DNA of 64,000 bases from an uncultured Methylomirabilota bacterium (lineage in GTDB: Bacteria > Methylomirabilota > Methylomirabilia > Methylomirabilales > 2-02-FULL-66-22): contig OY970067.1 in assembly GCA_963705305.1 (NCBI GenBank), positions 4,160,001 to 4,224,000 on the forward strand, written 5' to 3'. A program made the translations under genes and the position numbers. The notes beneath the pieces are model-generated. The model worked only from the letters and a program-made list of their open reading frames with translations. It searched no databases and had not been told where the DNA came from. Of this stretch, positions 9,313 to 17,873 are shown one piece after another (position 1 is the first letter of the stretch; every line of letters begins with the position of its first letter).

Positions 9313-11855
9313 GCTCGCTGAAGCGTGGTGCGGAAGATCTCCGACGCTTCCTCCAGCTCCTGGAACGTGCCGCTGGCCGCCAGCCGGCCGCCATGCATGA
9401 GCTTGATGTCGTCCGCCTCGCGGATGAAATTCAGATCGTGGCTGACGGTGATGACGATCCTGTCTCGCCTCCACTGCCGCAGCAGCTCGGCAACCGCGCT
9501 GCGGCTGGCAGGGTCGAGAGCCGATGTCGGCTCGTCCAGCACCACGATCGGTGTGCGGCGCAAGAGCGCGCGGCAGAGCGCCACCGTCTGGCCCTGACCG
9601 CCGGAGAGGTTGCTGCCCAGCCGCCCGACCTCGCACTCCAGGCCGAGCCGTGTCAGGCAGTCGTTCAACCCCGCCTGTTCGACAAAGCCCAGCAGGCTTT
9701 GATCCAGGAGGCGGCTCGCCCGAGTATTGGGGACCTCCACGACGCCAAAGATCAAATTCTCCCGCCAGGTCAAGCCGGGGTGCACCTCGTCGGCGACAAA
9801 GGGGCGCCAGGCACCCGCCAGGAGCTGCTGCAGCAGCTCGATATCAGCGGCAAACACCTTGCGGGTTTCGGGCGCTCGCAAGGCCTCCACACCTCCATCG
9901 CTCGCTAATTCGGCTAAAGAGCTAGTCAGGCCGATCAGCAACAGCGACAATCCTTGCTTGGGCGACACGGCGGGTTTGTCAGCCAGATCCACGCAGGATG
10001 ATCGCAGCTTCCACAAGGGCTCGCTTACCGAGAAGGGAGAGAGCTGCGCATACACGTGGTAATTGGAGATACTGAGCAGGTGCCGGTTCTCGCGCAGCAG
10101 GCTCTTTCCCAGCGCCATCAGCGCCGAGCGGCTGCCGTTTGGCGGCAGGCGTTCCAGCCGGCGGGCGGCTTTCTTGCTTAACAGCAGCTCCACGCACTTG
10201 GCCCGCTCGCAGCGGCCGCCCAGCAGGCATTCCAGCACCCAGTGCTGCGAGTCCACGCTGCCGTGCTCGAAGGGCAAGACCAGAGCCTGGCACTCGTCCC
10301 GCAGGCGCTGGCGAAGGCTATTCCGCAGCTCGCCGATGCGCGCGGCGATCGCAGGCTGCGCGCCGCCTTCACCCGCCGGCATGTCCAGGGCCTTCAGCCG
10401 GCAAATCTTGCCCAAGCCTGCCCGCTCGACCACCTCCATGTCGGCGGCGGAAAGGGGGATCTCGCCTTCGGTCTGTCCAAAGTAGAGGTTTTCGCGGATC
10501 GTCGTATTCAAGAGGGCCACGGATTGCGGCATGATTGAGAAGAGGGCTGCGCGCCGTCGGTCATCGATCGCCTGGAACGGGAGGGATCCGTAGCGGACGT
10601 CGCCTTCCTGCGCTTTCAGGCGCCCCAGCACCAGTTTCAGCAGGGTGGATTTGCCGGAGCCCGCGCCGCCCACGATGGCGGTCCAGCGATCCGGACTGAA
10701 CACGGTGCTGACGCCGGCCACGCCGCCTTGTTGCGTGCCATCGGGGCTGGTATAGCGATAGGTGACGTTGTCCAGGGTGATCGGCTCGGCCGCCCCCTCC
10801 TGAACTGCCGAGTCTGCCGAGCTACCAGTCTCGACGCTCTGAGTCTCGTACTCAAGGAGCCGGTCCAAACTGACGCGCGCAATCTGGAAATCCAGGCGCA
10901 GGAAGACCAGCTCCGAAGATTCGCTGAACAGCGAGGGCAAGCGCAGCACGATCACCGGCACCAGGGCGAGAGAAAGACCGCTGATCCCCCCGCTCCGCAT
11001 CTGATATACCACCACGATCATAGACGCAAACGCCAGCAGGTACGCGACCGTATTTCTAATCCGCAGAGCCCCGTTGAGCCCGATGTACTTGAGAAACGTC
11101 CTGCTCCGGTCCTCCAGAAGCTGCAGGAACCGTCGCCGGATGTTCTCGTACGCATTTGAAACCTGAACTTCGGGCGCGGCCCGCAGCAGATCCTCGAAGC
11201 GTGACTTAATTCTGTCATCCTGGACGAGATAGTTCTGGTCCATGTTGGCCACTGGTTTGGTCGTTCGCAGCGTCCAAAGAACTCCGACAAGACAGGTCGC
11301 AATGGCCACGAGCGCCAGCCGCCAGTCCTTGAGAAAGAAGAAGACCAGATTGCCGGCCACCAGCAGCGAGCTCCACCAGACCTTGGTTACTCCGAGGCGG
11401 CGCTCACTTACTCGAGAGAGGTCCACGGCCAGCCGGTTCACCATTTCCGCCGGAGAATGACGGCTGAAAAAGGAGTCCTCTTTTCGCAGCAGGTGGAGCA
11501 GGATTTCCGTCTCCAGATCGTCCTTGGTGCGAATGGCGAGCTTGCCGCCGAGACGGGCTCTCCAGAACTCCACCGCGCCCGACGTGAGCCGGGCAGCCAC
11601 GAACAGGCCCAGAAGCAGGAAGGGCAGGCTGATTGCCAGCGAATCGGCGAGCGTGTGCGAAAGTGCCGCCAGGCCGTGCTGGGCAGCGGCAGCCGGCGCT
11701 TGCCCTTGGCCCAGCGATTGCGTCAGCAGGTCGAGCAGATCGTTCTCAACGTAAACAAGCACAGATGCCAGGCTGCCGGCAAGGATCAAGGAGATCAGCG
11801 CCGCACGGTAACGCGGGTGCCAGAGGGCGAACCAGGAAGCCAGCCCCGATTTCAT
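9309..11855 (-). CDS. ABC exporter (TMD plus NBD with a large insertion)
   Basis: N-terminal TM helices, Walker A GGAGSGKS, signature LSGGQ, Walker B VVLDEPT and H-loop VSHD. Confidence 0.9.
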   Translation of the reverse strand: MKSGLASWFALWHPRYRAALISLILAGSLASVLVYVENDLLDLLTQSLGQGQAPAAAAQHGLAALSHTLADSLAISLPFLLLGLFVAARLTSGAVEFWRARLGGKLAIRTKDDLETEILLHLLRKEDSFFSRHSPAEMVNRLAVDLSRVSERRLGVTKVWWSSLLVAGNLVFFFLKDWRLALVAIATCLVGVLWTLRTTKPVANMDQNYLVQDDRIKSRFEDLLRAAPEVQVSNAYENIRRRFLQLLEDRSRTFLKYIGLNGALRIRNTVAYLLAFASMIVVVYQMRSGGISGLSLALVPVIVLRLPSLFSESSELVFLRLDFQIARVSLDRLLEYETQSVETGSSADSAVQEGAAEPITLDNVTYRYTSPDGTQQGGVAGVSTVFSPDRWTAIVGGAGSGKSTLLKLVLGRLKAQEGDVRYGSLPFQAIDDRRRAALFSIMPQSVALLNTTIRENLYFGQTEGEIPLSAADMEVVERAGLGKICRLKALDMPAGEGGAQPAIAARIGELRNSLRQRLRDECQALVLPFEHGSVDSQHWVLECLLGGRCERAKCVELLLSKKAARRLERLPPNGSRSALMALGKSLLRENRHLLSISNYHVYAQLSPFSVSEPLWKLRSSCVDLADKPAVSPKQGLSLLLIGLTSSLAELASDGGVEALRAPETRKVFAADIELLQQLLAGAWRPFVADEVHPGLTWRENLIFGVVEVPNTRASRLLDQSLLGFVEQAGLNDCLTRLGLECEVGRLGSNLSGGQGQTVALCRALLRRTPIVVLDEPTSALDPASRSAVAELLRQWRRDRIVITVSHDLNFIREADDIKLMHGGRLAASGTFQELEEASEIFRTTLQRA

Positions 11856-13231
11856 GCGCGGACACCCTTTAGCCGAACCTTTTCAGTGATGACCCGTAAC
11901 ACTCCTGATTGTACGCTCTCGGAGGCGAGAGCACGGTCGCGGATGCGGTCGCGCAGCTGTTGCAGGAAGGACTCGCAGTATCGCATTGCGTCGAATTGCT
12001 CAGGTTGAAACCGATGCAGGTGCGGACATCCGCCCCCACAGCCGGGGAGTGCGGGGCATTCCGCGCAGCGCTTGTACTGCAACCAGTCGTACATCAGCCA
12101 TGGGACCAGGTTGGCCAAGTTCGTCGGCGTGCCGGTCTCCACCGAGCCGTAGCTTCGCTCCGCCAGTCCGACGTCCTCCGGGCATTTGTACAGCAAACCG
12201 TCCGGTCCGATCACCATGGAGTGGCGTGTTGTGGCGCCGCATCCGATCGGCTCGGGCCGGCACACGTCATCGACAGGCAGGCGCCTCGCTGTGGCCCGGC
12301 GCCGCTCGCGCGTGCTCGCCTGCGCGTAGATCAGATAGGGCATGGCGGTAAACCGGCATCCGCGCGGCCCGCACTCGGGTACAAGAACGTAGGCAAAATG
12401 AATCTTCTGGAGATGCTGGTGCAGCTTGCGTCGGATCAGCGCGTCATACAGCCGGTCGAACCCCGCCGGCTCATCGCGTCCCAGGTTAATCCGCAAACGT
12501 ATGGGAATTCTTCTGGCCGCAAACGCCAGGTTGTCCAAAACCAATTCCGCCGTGGCACGACCGCGCCGGTCGCGCTTTTCAGCCGCGGGAATATCCACGG
12601 TTACCTGGATGTATGTCAACTCGCACGTTTCCAGCCTGCTGACCACGTCGCGACTCAGCAGCGTGCCATTGGTCACCAGCGTTGCGGAGTAGCTCATACC
12701 GGCGTGCTTGCACGCGGGAATCAGCAGCGAGCTGACCCGGGAGATTGTTTTGATCGCAAGGAGCGGCTCTCCGCCGAACCAGCAGACGTTTATGGCCCTC
12801 TTGCCGCTGGCAGCGGTGGCGATATGCTGCACAACCTGGTTTTCCCGCTCCGCGGTCCAGGCCCGTGCCGCCCTGGAAGCTTGAGCGGCACCTTCAAAGC
12901 AGTAGCTGCAGCGCAAGTTGCAGGCCAGCGTCGGAACGAGCGTCACCCCGAGACTGGAGTCGCTGAATTGTCCAGACAGGTAGTGCAGCCGAACGAGATC
13001 AAGCTCATCGACATCCCGGGGAACGAGAAAACCGTGCGACTGGAGAAAGGCCAGACCCTCAGCGGCCTCGGCCTGATCGCAGTCCAACTGGCGGCCGGAA
13101 GCGAGATACTGCGACCATGTTTCCTCCGCGAGTACCACCAACGCCCCGGTGAAGGTGTTGAGGATCGCTTTGCGGTGGCGTGGCAGATCAACCGCCAGAT
13201 TGAATCGCGATGGAGCCCAGACCTGCGACAC
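11852..13231 (-). CDS. Radical SAM/SPASM peptide maturase 1 with an N-terminal RRE-like region
   Basis: CNLRCSYC and WFGGEP; SPASM cysteines CGAT...YKC...CAECPALPGCGGGCP...C. GTG start at 13231 follows aggaagg. Confidence 0.9.
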   Translation of the reverse strand: MSQVWAPSRFNLAVDLPRHRKAILNTFTGALVVLAEETWSQYLASGRQLDCDQAEAAEGLAFLQSHGFLVPRDVDELDLVRLHYLSGQFSDSSLGVTLVPTLACNLRCSYCFEGAAQASRAARAWTAERENQVVQHIATAASGKRAINVCWFGGEPLLAIKTISRVSSLLIPACKHAGMSYSATLVTNGTLLSRDVVSRLETCELTYIQVTVDIPAAEKRDRRGRATAELVLDNLAFAARRIPIRLRINLGRDEPAGFDRLYDALIRRKLHQHLQKIHFAYVLVPECGPRGCRFTAMPYLIYAQASTRERRRATARRLPVDDVCRPEPIGCGATTRHSMVIGPDGLLYKCPEDVGLAERSYGSVETGTPTNLANLVPWLMYDWLQYKRCAECPALPGCGGGCPHLHRFQPEQFDAMRYCESFLQQLRDRIRDRALASESVQSGVLRVITEKVRLKGVRA

Positions 13232-13655
13232 GAATTTCCTTCCTTTGCCGGGACCGTCTCTTGGGCCTTGCCGAAATGGCGACACGGTCACGGCTCCGGC
13301 CCCTCCCGAGTGGACGTCGCCACGAGCCTCCGCACCTCTGACGCCCGGGCGCGGGAGCTGGGCGGGGCGCCCTCCAGCGTGAGAAGCTCGCGCCAAGTCT
13401 GCGAGATCGCGGGGGGTGGTGTGGCGCCAAACGGGTTCGGGGGAATCGAGGTCGGGCGCGCAGGGCAGTAGCCGCTCCACGACACTGCGGCAGGGCTTGG
13501 CCACCCAGGCGGGAGCACACAGATCCTGCTACGGGCGGTGCCGGTCACCGGCGGGGGTAAAGCCGGGGACGGCAGGGAACCGCCGATAGACGACCATTCC
13601 GCAGCATGAAACCCAGCCGCCGGACCAACGGGGTTAACCCGACCCTCTGAAAGCG

Positions 13656-13862
13656 TCAGCCCCTGACTCCGCCGATCGCCGCAAAACCGCAGCCCTGTCC
13701 TTCAACGTCGCCCTTCTTCTTCTTGGGTGCGCGCAGCACCTTGGCGAGATCAGCGACCGACGCCGACTTTTTCACCTGCAGGTCTGTTCCTTCCGGAAAC
13801 ACCAAACTCACTCGGTTCTTGCCCTCAACCACCACTTTCACGCCCTCGGCTTTCTTCACCAT
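13656..13862 (-). CDS. Candidate RiPP precursor peptide (68 aa)
   Basis: Short ORF with strong RBS (aaaggag) between two SPASM genes. Lys-rich N-terminal part; Gly-rich tail DVEGQGCGFAAIGGVRG with a single Cys. Confidence 0.75.
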   Translation of the reverse strand: MVKKAEGVKVVVEGKNRVSLVFPEGTDLQVKKSASVADLAKVLRAPKKKKGDVEGQGCGFAAIGGVRG

Positions 13863-14050
13863 TGCTGTCGCTCCTTTGATTGATCTCGCCCCCGGCGCCT
13901 ATGATCACGGAGACGGCGGCCGCCGCGGGCACCCGCCCGGCGGTCTAGACCCTCCGGCCCGCTGAATCGCCGCAACTGGTAGCACATAACCCCGGATAAA
14001 ACAACAGAAATTCCCTCCTCGGCATCCCTTCGGCCGGCGGTGTTCCGCTT

Positions 14051-15436
14051 TCACCCGCCGTCCGCAAAGAGGGAGCGGATACGATCCAGGGCCTCGGGGT
14101 GAAAGCGGTACAGGAACCTGTGGGTGATGGAGGCGCGGGCAAACTGGGCCCGCATCAAGTCGCACCAGAGCTTCTGCATGGGGTCGCTGCGGCCCGAAGG
14201 CAGCAGAGCGCACTTCTGGCATTGAAACGCGCATCCCCCTCCGCACCAGGCGAAAGCCCAGCAGCGGGCGCACTCTTCATCTGCCGGCCGCACCCTCGGC
14301 ATCGGCAGTGGGGCGCTGGCGTCCAAGGTTTCGCAGTCTCCCAGCGCCGGCACGTCCGCCCTTCCATACAGACTGGGGCAAGGATATACGCTTCCGTGGG
14401 CATCGATGTAGATTTCCCGCCGCCCGCAGCCGCACAGCCCGTCCGGACCTTTCGGTTGGGATGAAATCTGCGCCGCGAAACGCATGTCCACCTCCGGACT
14501 GCCCTCAATCGCGGATTGGACGAAGTATCGGTAAAACTTCGCGCGCTGCAGCATGAGCTCCCGCAGATCGGATTTCGACCACGGGCTGGAATCATTCGCC
14601 CCGGCGGTCAGATACAGGAAGCTGATGCGGCGAAACCCGCGAGTCCGAAGCTCCTTGGCAATGGCAGTCAGATCGGAATTGCCCGGGGTAAGGACGACCT
14701 GCGCATCCACCCTGGCATCCTTGCTCGCCGCGCGCAGCCGCCGCATCCCGCTCAGGGCCGCCTGGTAGGAGCCGGCCCCATCCGGATAGCGGCGGTGCCG
14801 GTCGTGGCCATCCTGCAGCCCGTCAATGCTGATCTGGACGGTCAGGTCCGGCGCCACCAGGTCTTTCGCGAGGGCATCCGTGATCAGGGTGCCATTGGTC
14901 CCGATGCTGAAATGCGGACTCTTGCCCAGCCGGCGGGCCTTGCGGCGGACGGTATTGACCAGAAAGCGGCCGACGGACCAGTTCGCCAGCGGCTCGCCGC
15001 CGAGGAAGGAAATCAGCGGCCTGTCCACGGGGACCGCCAAAATGTAGTCGGCAATGCGCTCGGCCGTCGGCCGATCCAGACGGCTGGAGGGTGCGCAATT
15101 GGCCGAATCAAAGCAATAATCGCAGGCCAGATTACAGCGGCCGGACAGCCGCACCATGAAGGTGTGCGGCCACTGGTGCCCCGACTCGCGCTGTTTCGGC
15201 CGCGTCCTTGGTAGGCCGCCGAGTCCCTGGAGAAAGAAGATTTCCGGCTGCTCGACGGCAAATGCGAGGATGGCCTCTTGGAGCTCCTCCGCTGCGCGCT
15301 GCTCCGGCTGTGCGGCACGCACCTGCCGGCATGCGGGACCCGACGTGCCGTTTCGAATACCCCGAGCCTTTGGTGTGCGGTCTGCCGGTGCCACGCAGGA
15401 CCCTCGCGTCTCCGGACCCGCGTTCCCTTCTCTCAT
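14051..15436 (-). CDS. Radical SAM/SPASM peptide maturase 2
   Basis: CNLACDYC, FLGGEP and ISIDG; SPASM CGCG...YPC...CARCWAFAWCGGGC. Start uncertain. Confidence 0.9.
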   Translation of the reverse strand: MREGNAGPETRGSCVAPADRTPKARGIRNGTSGPACRQVRAAQPEQRAAEELQEAILAFAVEQPEIFFLQGLGGLPRTRPKQRESGHQWPHTFMVRLSGRCNLACDYCFDSANCAPSSRLDRPTAERIADYILAVPVDRPLISFLGGEPLANWSVGRFLVNTVRRKARRLGKSPHFSIGTNGTLITDALAKDLVAPDLTVQISIDGLQDGHDRHRRYPDGAGSYQAALSGMRRLRAASKDARVDAQVVLTPGNSDLTAIAKELRTRGFRRISFLYLTAGANDSSPWSKSDLRELMLQRAKFYRYFVQSAIEGSPEVDMRFAAQISSQPKGPDGLCGCGRREIYIDAHGSVYPCPSLYGRADVPALGDCETLDASAPLPMPRVRPADEECARCWAFAWCGGGCAFQCQKCALLPSGRSDPMQKLWCDLMRAQFARASITHRFLYRFHPEALDRIRSLFADGG

Positions 15437-15601
15437 GGTGCGACCGGAGGCGGTCTCTTGAACGGCGACGATACCATACGACCAGCCGACGGTAAATCCC
15501 CAAGAGGCGCCCCGCCCGGCATGAGGTTCATCTTGACTTTTACTGGGGAATGGCGTACGGCAATGGTGGCTGAAGGCTGACCGTCCGCGTGGGGGTGATG
15601 C

Positions 15602-16267
15602 ATGGCGCCAAAGATCGCGGTACTGCAGGCCTATCTCGGGATTTCGTCTCAGAGCGAGGAGGGCGCGATCCTCCGGCTGCTGATCGAACTGGTGGCCCAA
15701 TGCGTGGGGGCGCAGGAGGGCTCTCTCCTGGTGTTCGATGAAAAGAAGAATGACCTGGTATTTGCCATGACGGTTGGCGACACGTCGTCGGAAAAGGTCC
15801 TGGTCGGCCAGCGGGTTCCGCTGGGACAGGGGATCACCGGGCTGGCGGCGCAGCTGCGCGAGGTGCAGATCGGGGCACCGACCTTCAAGACGCGTCAGGC
15901 CAAGCACCGCGGGGGAGCCCCTCAAGAGCCGCAAGCGGTGCTGGCAGCGCCCATGCTGGTTTCCGACCGGCTGATCGGCGTGCTGACGGCAGTCAGCTTC
16001 GCGCCAGGGAAACGGTTCACCAGCGGCGACGCGCTCTTGTACGGCCGCCTGGCCGCGGTCGCCGGAGTCGTGGTGGATCAGGCGCACCGGCTGCGGGCCG
16101 TCACCGCCCTGCAGCGCGGGCAGCGTCCGCCTGGGGGGATCGGCCGGGCGCTGCGGCTCGAGAACGCCATCGTCGATGCCGTCACGCGGTTGACTCGCTC
16201 GCGGCCGCACGCCAAGAGCGACATTGCCAGGCTGCTGACGGCCGTGGCTGACCTGCTCGAGCCGTAA
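15602..16267 (+). CDS. GAF domain protein
   Basis: GSLLVFD...LVF...VPLGQGITG...LAAPMLVSDRLIGVL...FTSGD matches a GAF pattern. Confidence 0.85.
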   Translation: MAPKIAVLQAYLGISSQSEEGAILRLLIELVAQCVGAQEGSLLVFDEKKNDLVFAMTVGDTSSEKVLVGQRVPLGQGITGLAAQLREVQIGAPTFKTRQAKHRGGAPQEPQAVLAAPMLVSDRLIGVLTAVSFAPGKRFTSGDALLYGRLAAVAGVVVDQAHRLRAVTALQRGQRPPGGIGRALRLENAIVDAVTRLTRSRPHAKSDIARLLTAVADLLEP

Positions 16268-16278
16268 TCGGGGGAGAC

Positions 16279-17040
16279 GTGGCCGCCCGGACGCTGTTGC
16301 ATATCCTCAAGGCGGGATTCAGGGACCTCAGGCGGCGCAGGCGGGAGCCGGTCACGGTGGCCGTCGTGGATAGCGGCATCGACGGCACTCACCCGCAGCT
16401 GGCGGGGCGGATCGTTCGGGCTGTCCAGGTCACCCCGCAGGGCAGGCAGCAGCGGGTCATCGAGAGCCCTGTGCCGAGCAACCAGGATGTCTACGGTCAC
16501 GGCACCGCCGTCGCCAGCATCATCTGCAAGCTTGCACCCAACGCCAGAATCCTCGACGTGCGCGTGCTCGACGCCGAGAACGTGTGTACTGGAGACACGC
16601 TGATCGCGGGCTTTCGCTGGGCGGTCGAGTCCAGGGCCCGGATTATCAACATGAGCCTGGCGGCCAACGCCCGGTTCGCCGCGGCGCTGCGCCAACTCTG
16701 CGATGCCGCCTACCGTCAGAACCAGCTCGTCGTCGCCGCGCGGCGCAACATGCCGCTCACCGACCAGGGCTTTCCCGCCGAGGTGGCCACCTGCATCGGG
16801 GTGGATATTAAGAAGTTGCGGTCGCAATTCGAGCTTATATTTCAGGACAACCACATTATCGAGTTTGCGGCCCATGGCGAGGGAGTGGTGGTGGCTGCAG
16901 CTGGCGGCGGTCACACCACGATGACGGGGACCAGCTTTGCCACGCCCGCGGTGAGCGGCCTGTGTGCGCTGCTGGTGGGCGCGTACCCCGATCTCCGGCC
17001 GTTCGAGGTGAAGAGCGTGCTGCGCGCCTTCGCCGTGTGA
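16279..17040 (+). CDS. Cytoplasmic S8 (subtilisin-like) serine peptidase
   Basis: Catalytic triad motifs VVDSGID, GHGT and GTSFATP; no signal peptide or prodomain evident. Confidence 0.92.
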   Translation: MAARTLLHILKAGFRDLRRRRREPVTVAVVDSGIDGTHPQLAGRIVRAVQVTPQGRQQRVIESPVPSNQDVYGHGTAVASIICKLAPNARILDVRVLDAENVCTGDTLIAGFRWAVESRARIINMSLAANARFAAALRQLCDAAYRQNQLVVAARRNMPLTDQGFPAEVATCIGVDIKKLRSQFELIFQDNHIIEFAAHGEGVVVAAAGGGHTTMTGTSFATPAVSGLCALLVGAYPDLRPFEVKSVLRAFAV

Positions 17041-17097
17041 GGGGGTCGGGCCGAAGGGGCGCCCTGCATTTGTGATGGGCCGAAACAGAGTCATCGA

Positions 17098-17838
17098 ATG
17101 GCGTGCTCTGCCAAGCTGGAGTTGGATCCGAAGAACTTCTTCCGTCTCTCCAACGGACGCCTGCTGACGGCCCCGCCGGAAATCCCGTTCAGGGAAATGT
17201 TCTCCGAGATCGTCGAATCGGGCTGTTACCTGCCTTCGGCCGAATTTCGGATCGGGGCAGGGGAAATCGTGCTTGATATCGGGGCGAACGTCGGCCTGTT
17301 CTCGATGTGGGTCGCCCTGAACGTCCCGTCGGCGAGAGTCTACGCATTCGAGGCTGCCTCCGACAATTATCTGGCGCTGGCCGAGAACGTCCGGAGCAAT
17401 CACCTGACAAGCGTCTCGGTCCACCATTACGCTGTGTCGGACGGCGGCAGCTCCCGGGTAACCCTCTACCGCGGATACCATGGCGGGATTCATTCCATCT
17501 GCCCGGAGTACCGGAATTGGCCTGCTTCGGCGAAAAGGGAGCGCCGGACGGAGAAAGTCCGTGCCATCACGCTGTCGCAGATCTTGCGGCGATTTCAGAT
17601 CGAGCGCGTCGATTTTCTGAAGCTGGGTTGCGAAGGGGCCGAATACGAGATTCTCTTCTCGGCGTCGCGGGCAACGCTCTCGCGGATTCGAAGGATCGTC
17701 GGCGAGTACCACGACCTGGACGCCGAGCGGCACGGAGGAGTCCTGAAGGCGTTCCTGACGCAGAACGGATTTCACACCGCTTTCAAGGCGGCCGGGCGGG
17801 GGAGGCCATGGGGAATATTCGCGGCGCTTTCCCGCTGA
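17098..17838 (+). CDS. FkbM-family methyltransferase
   Basis: VLDIGANVG, VYAFEA and LKLGCEGAE. Confidence 0.88.
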   Translation: MACSAKLELDPKNFFRLSNGRLLTAPPEIPFREMFSEIVESGCYLPSAEFRIGAGEIVLDIGANVGLFSMWVALNVPSARVYAFEAASDNYLALAENVRSNHLTSVSVHHYAVSDGGSSRVTLYRGYHGGIHSICPEYRNWPASAKRERRTEKVRAITLSQILRRFQIERVDFLKLGCEGAEYEILFSASRATLSRIRRIVGEYHDLDAERHGGVLKAFLTQNGFHTAFKAAGRGRPWGIFAALSR

Positions 17839-17873
17839 CCGATCGCAGAGCTCTCCCCGAGACGATTCGCTAG

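Noticed and set aside
13232..13504. N-terminal extension of SPASM1
   Set aside because: Low-complexity translation; a better GTG start with RBS lies at 13231.
13540..13658. Selenocysteine readthrough of the precursor's TGA
   Set aside because: The downstream frame (RFQRVGLTPLVRR...) looks non-coding and I see no convincing SECIS hairpin.
13980..13993. 14-bp match TAGCACATAACCCC shared with 8671-8684, as an island boundary
   Set aside because: It would cut through the RiPP gene run and span the att site; more likely chance or a promoter-like element.
15437..16210. N-terminal extension of SPASM2 (719-aa ORF)
   Set aside because: It largely overlaps the GAF gene on the opposite strand; it is a GC-rich shadow extension.
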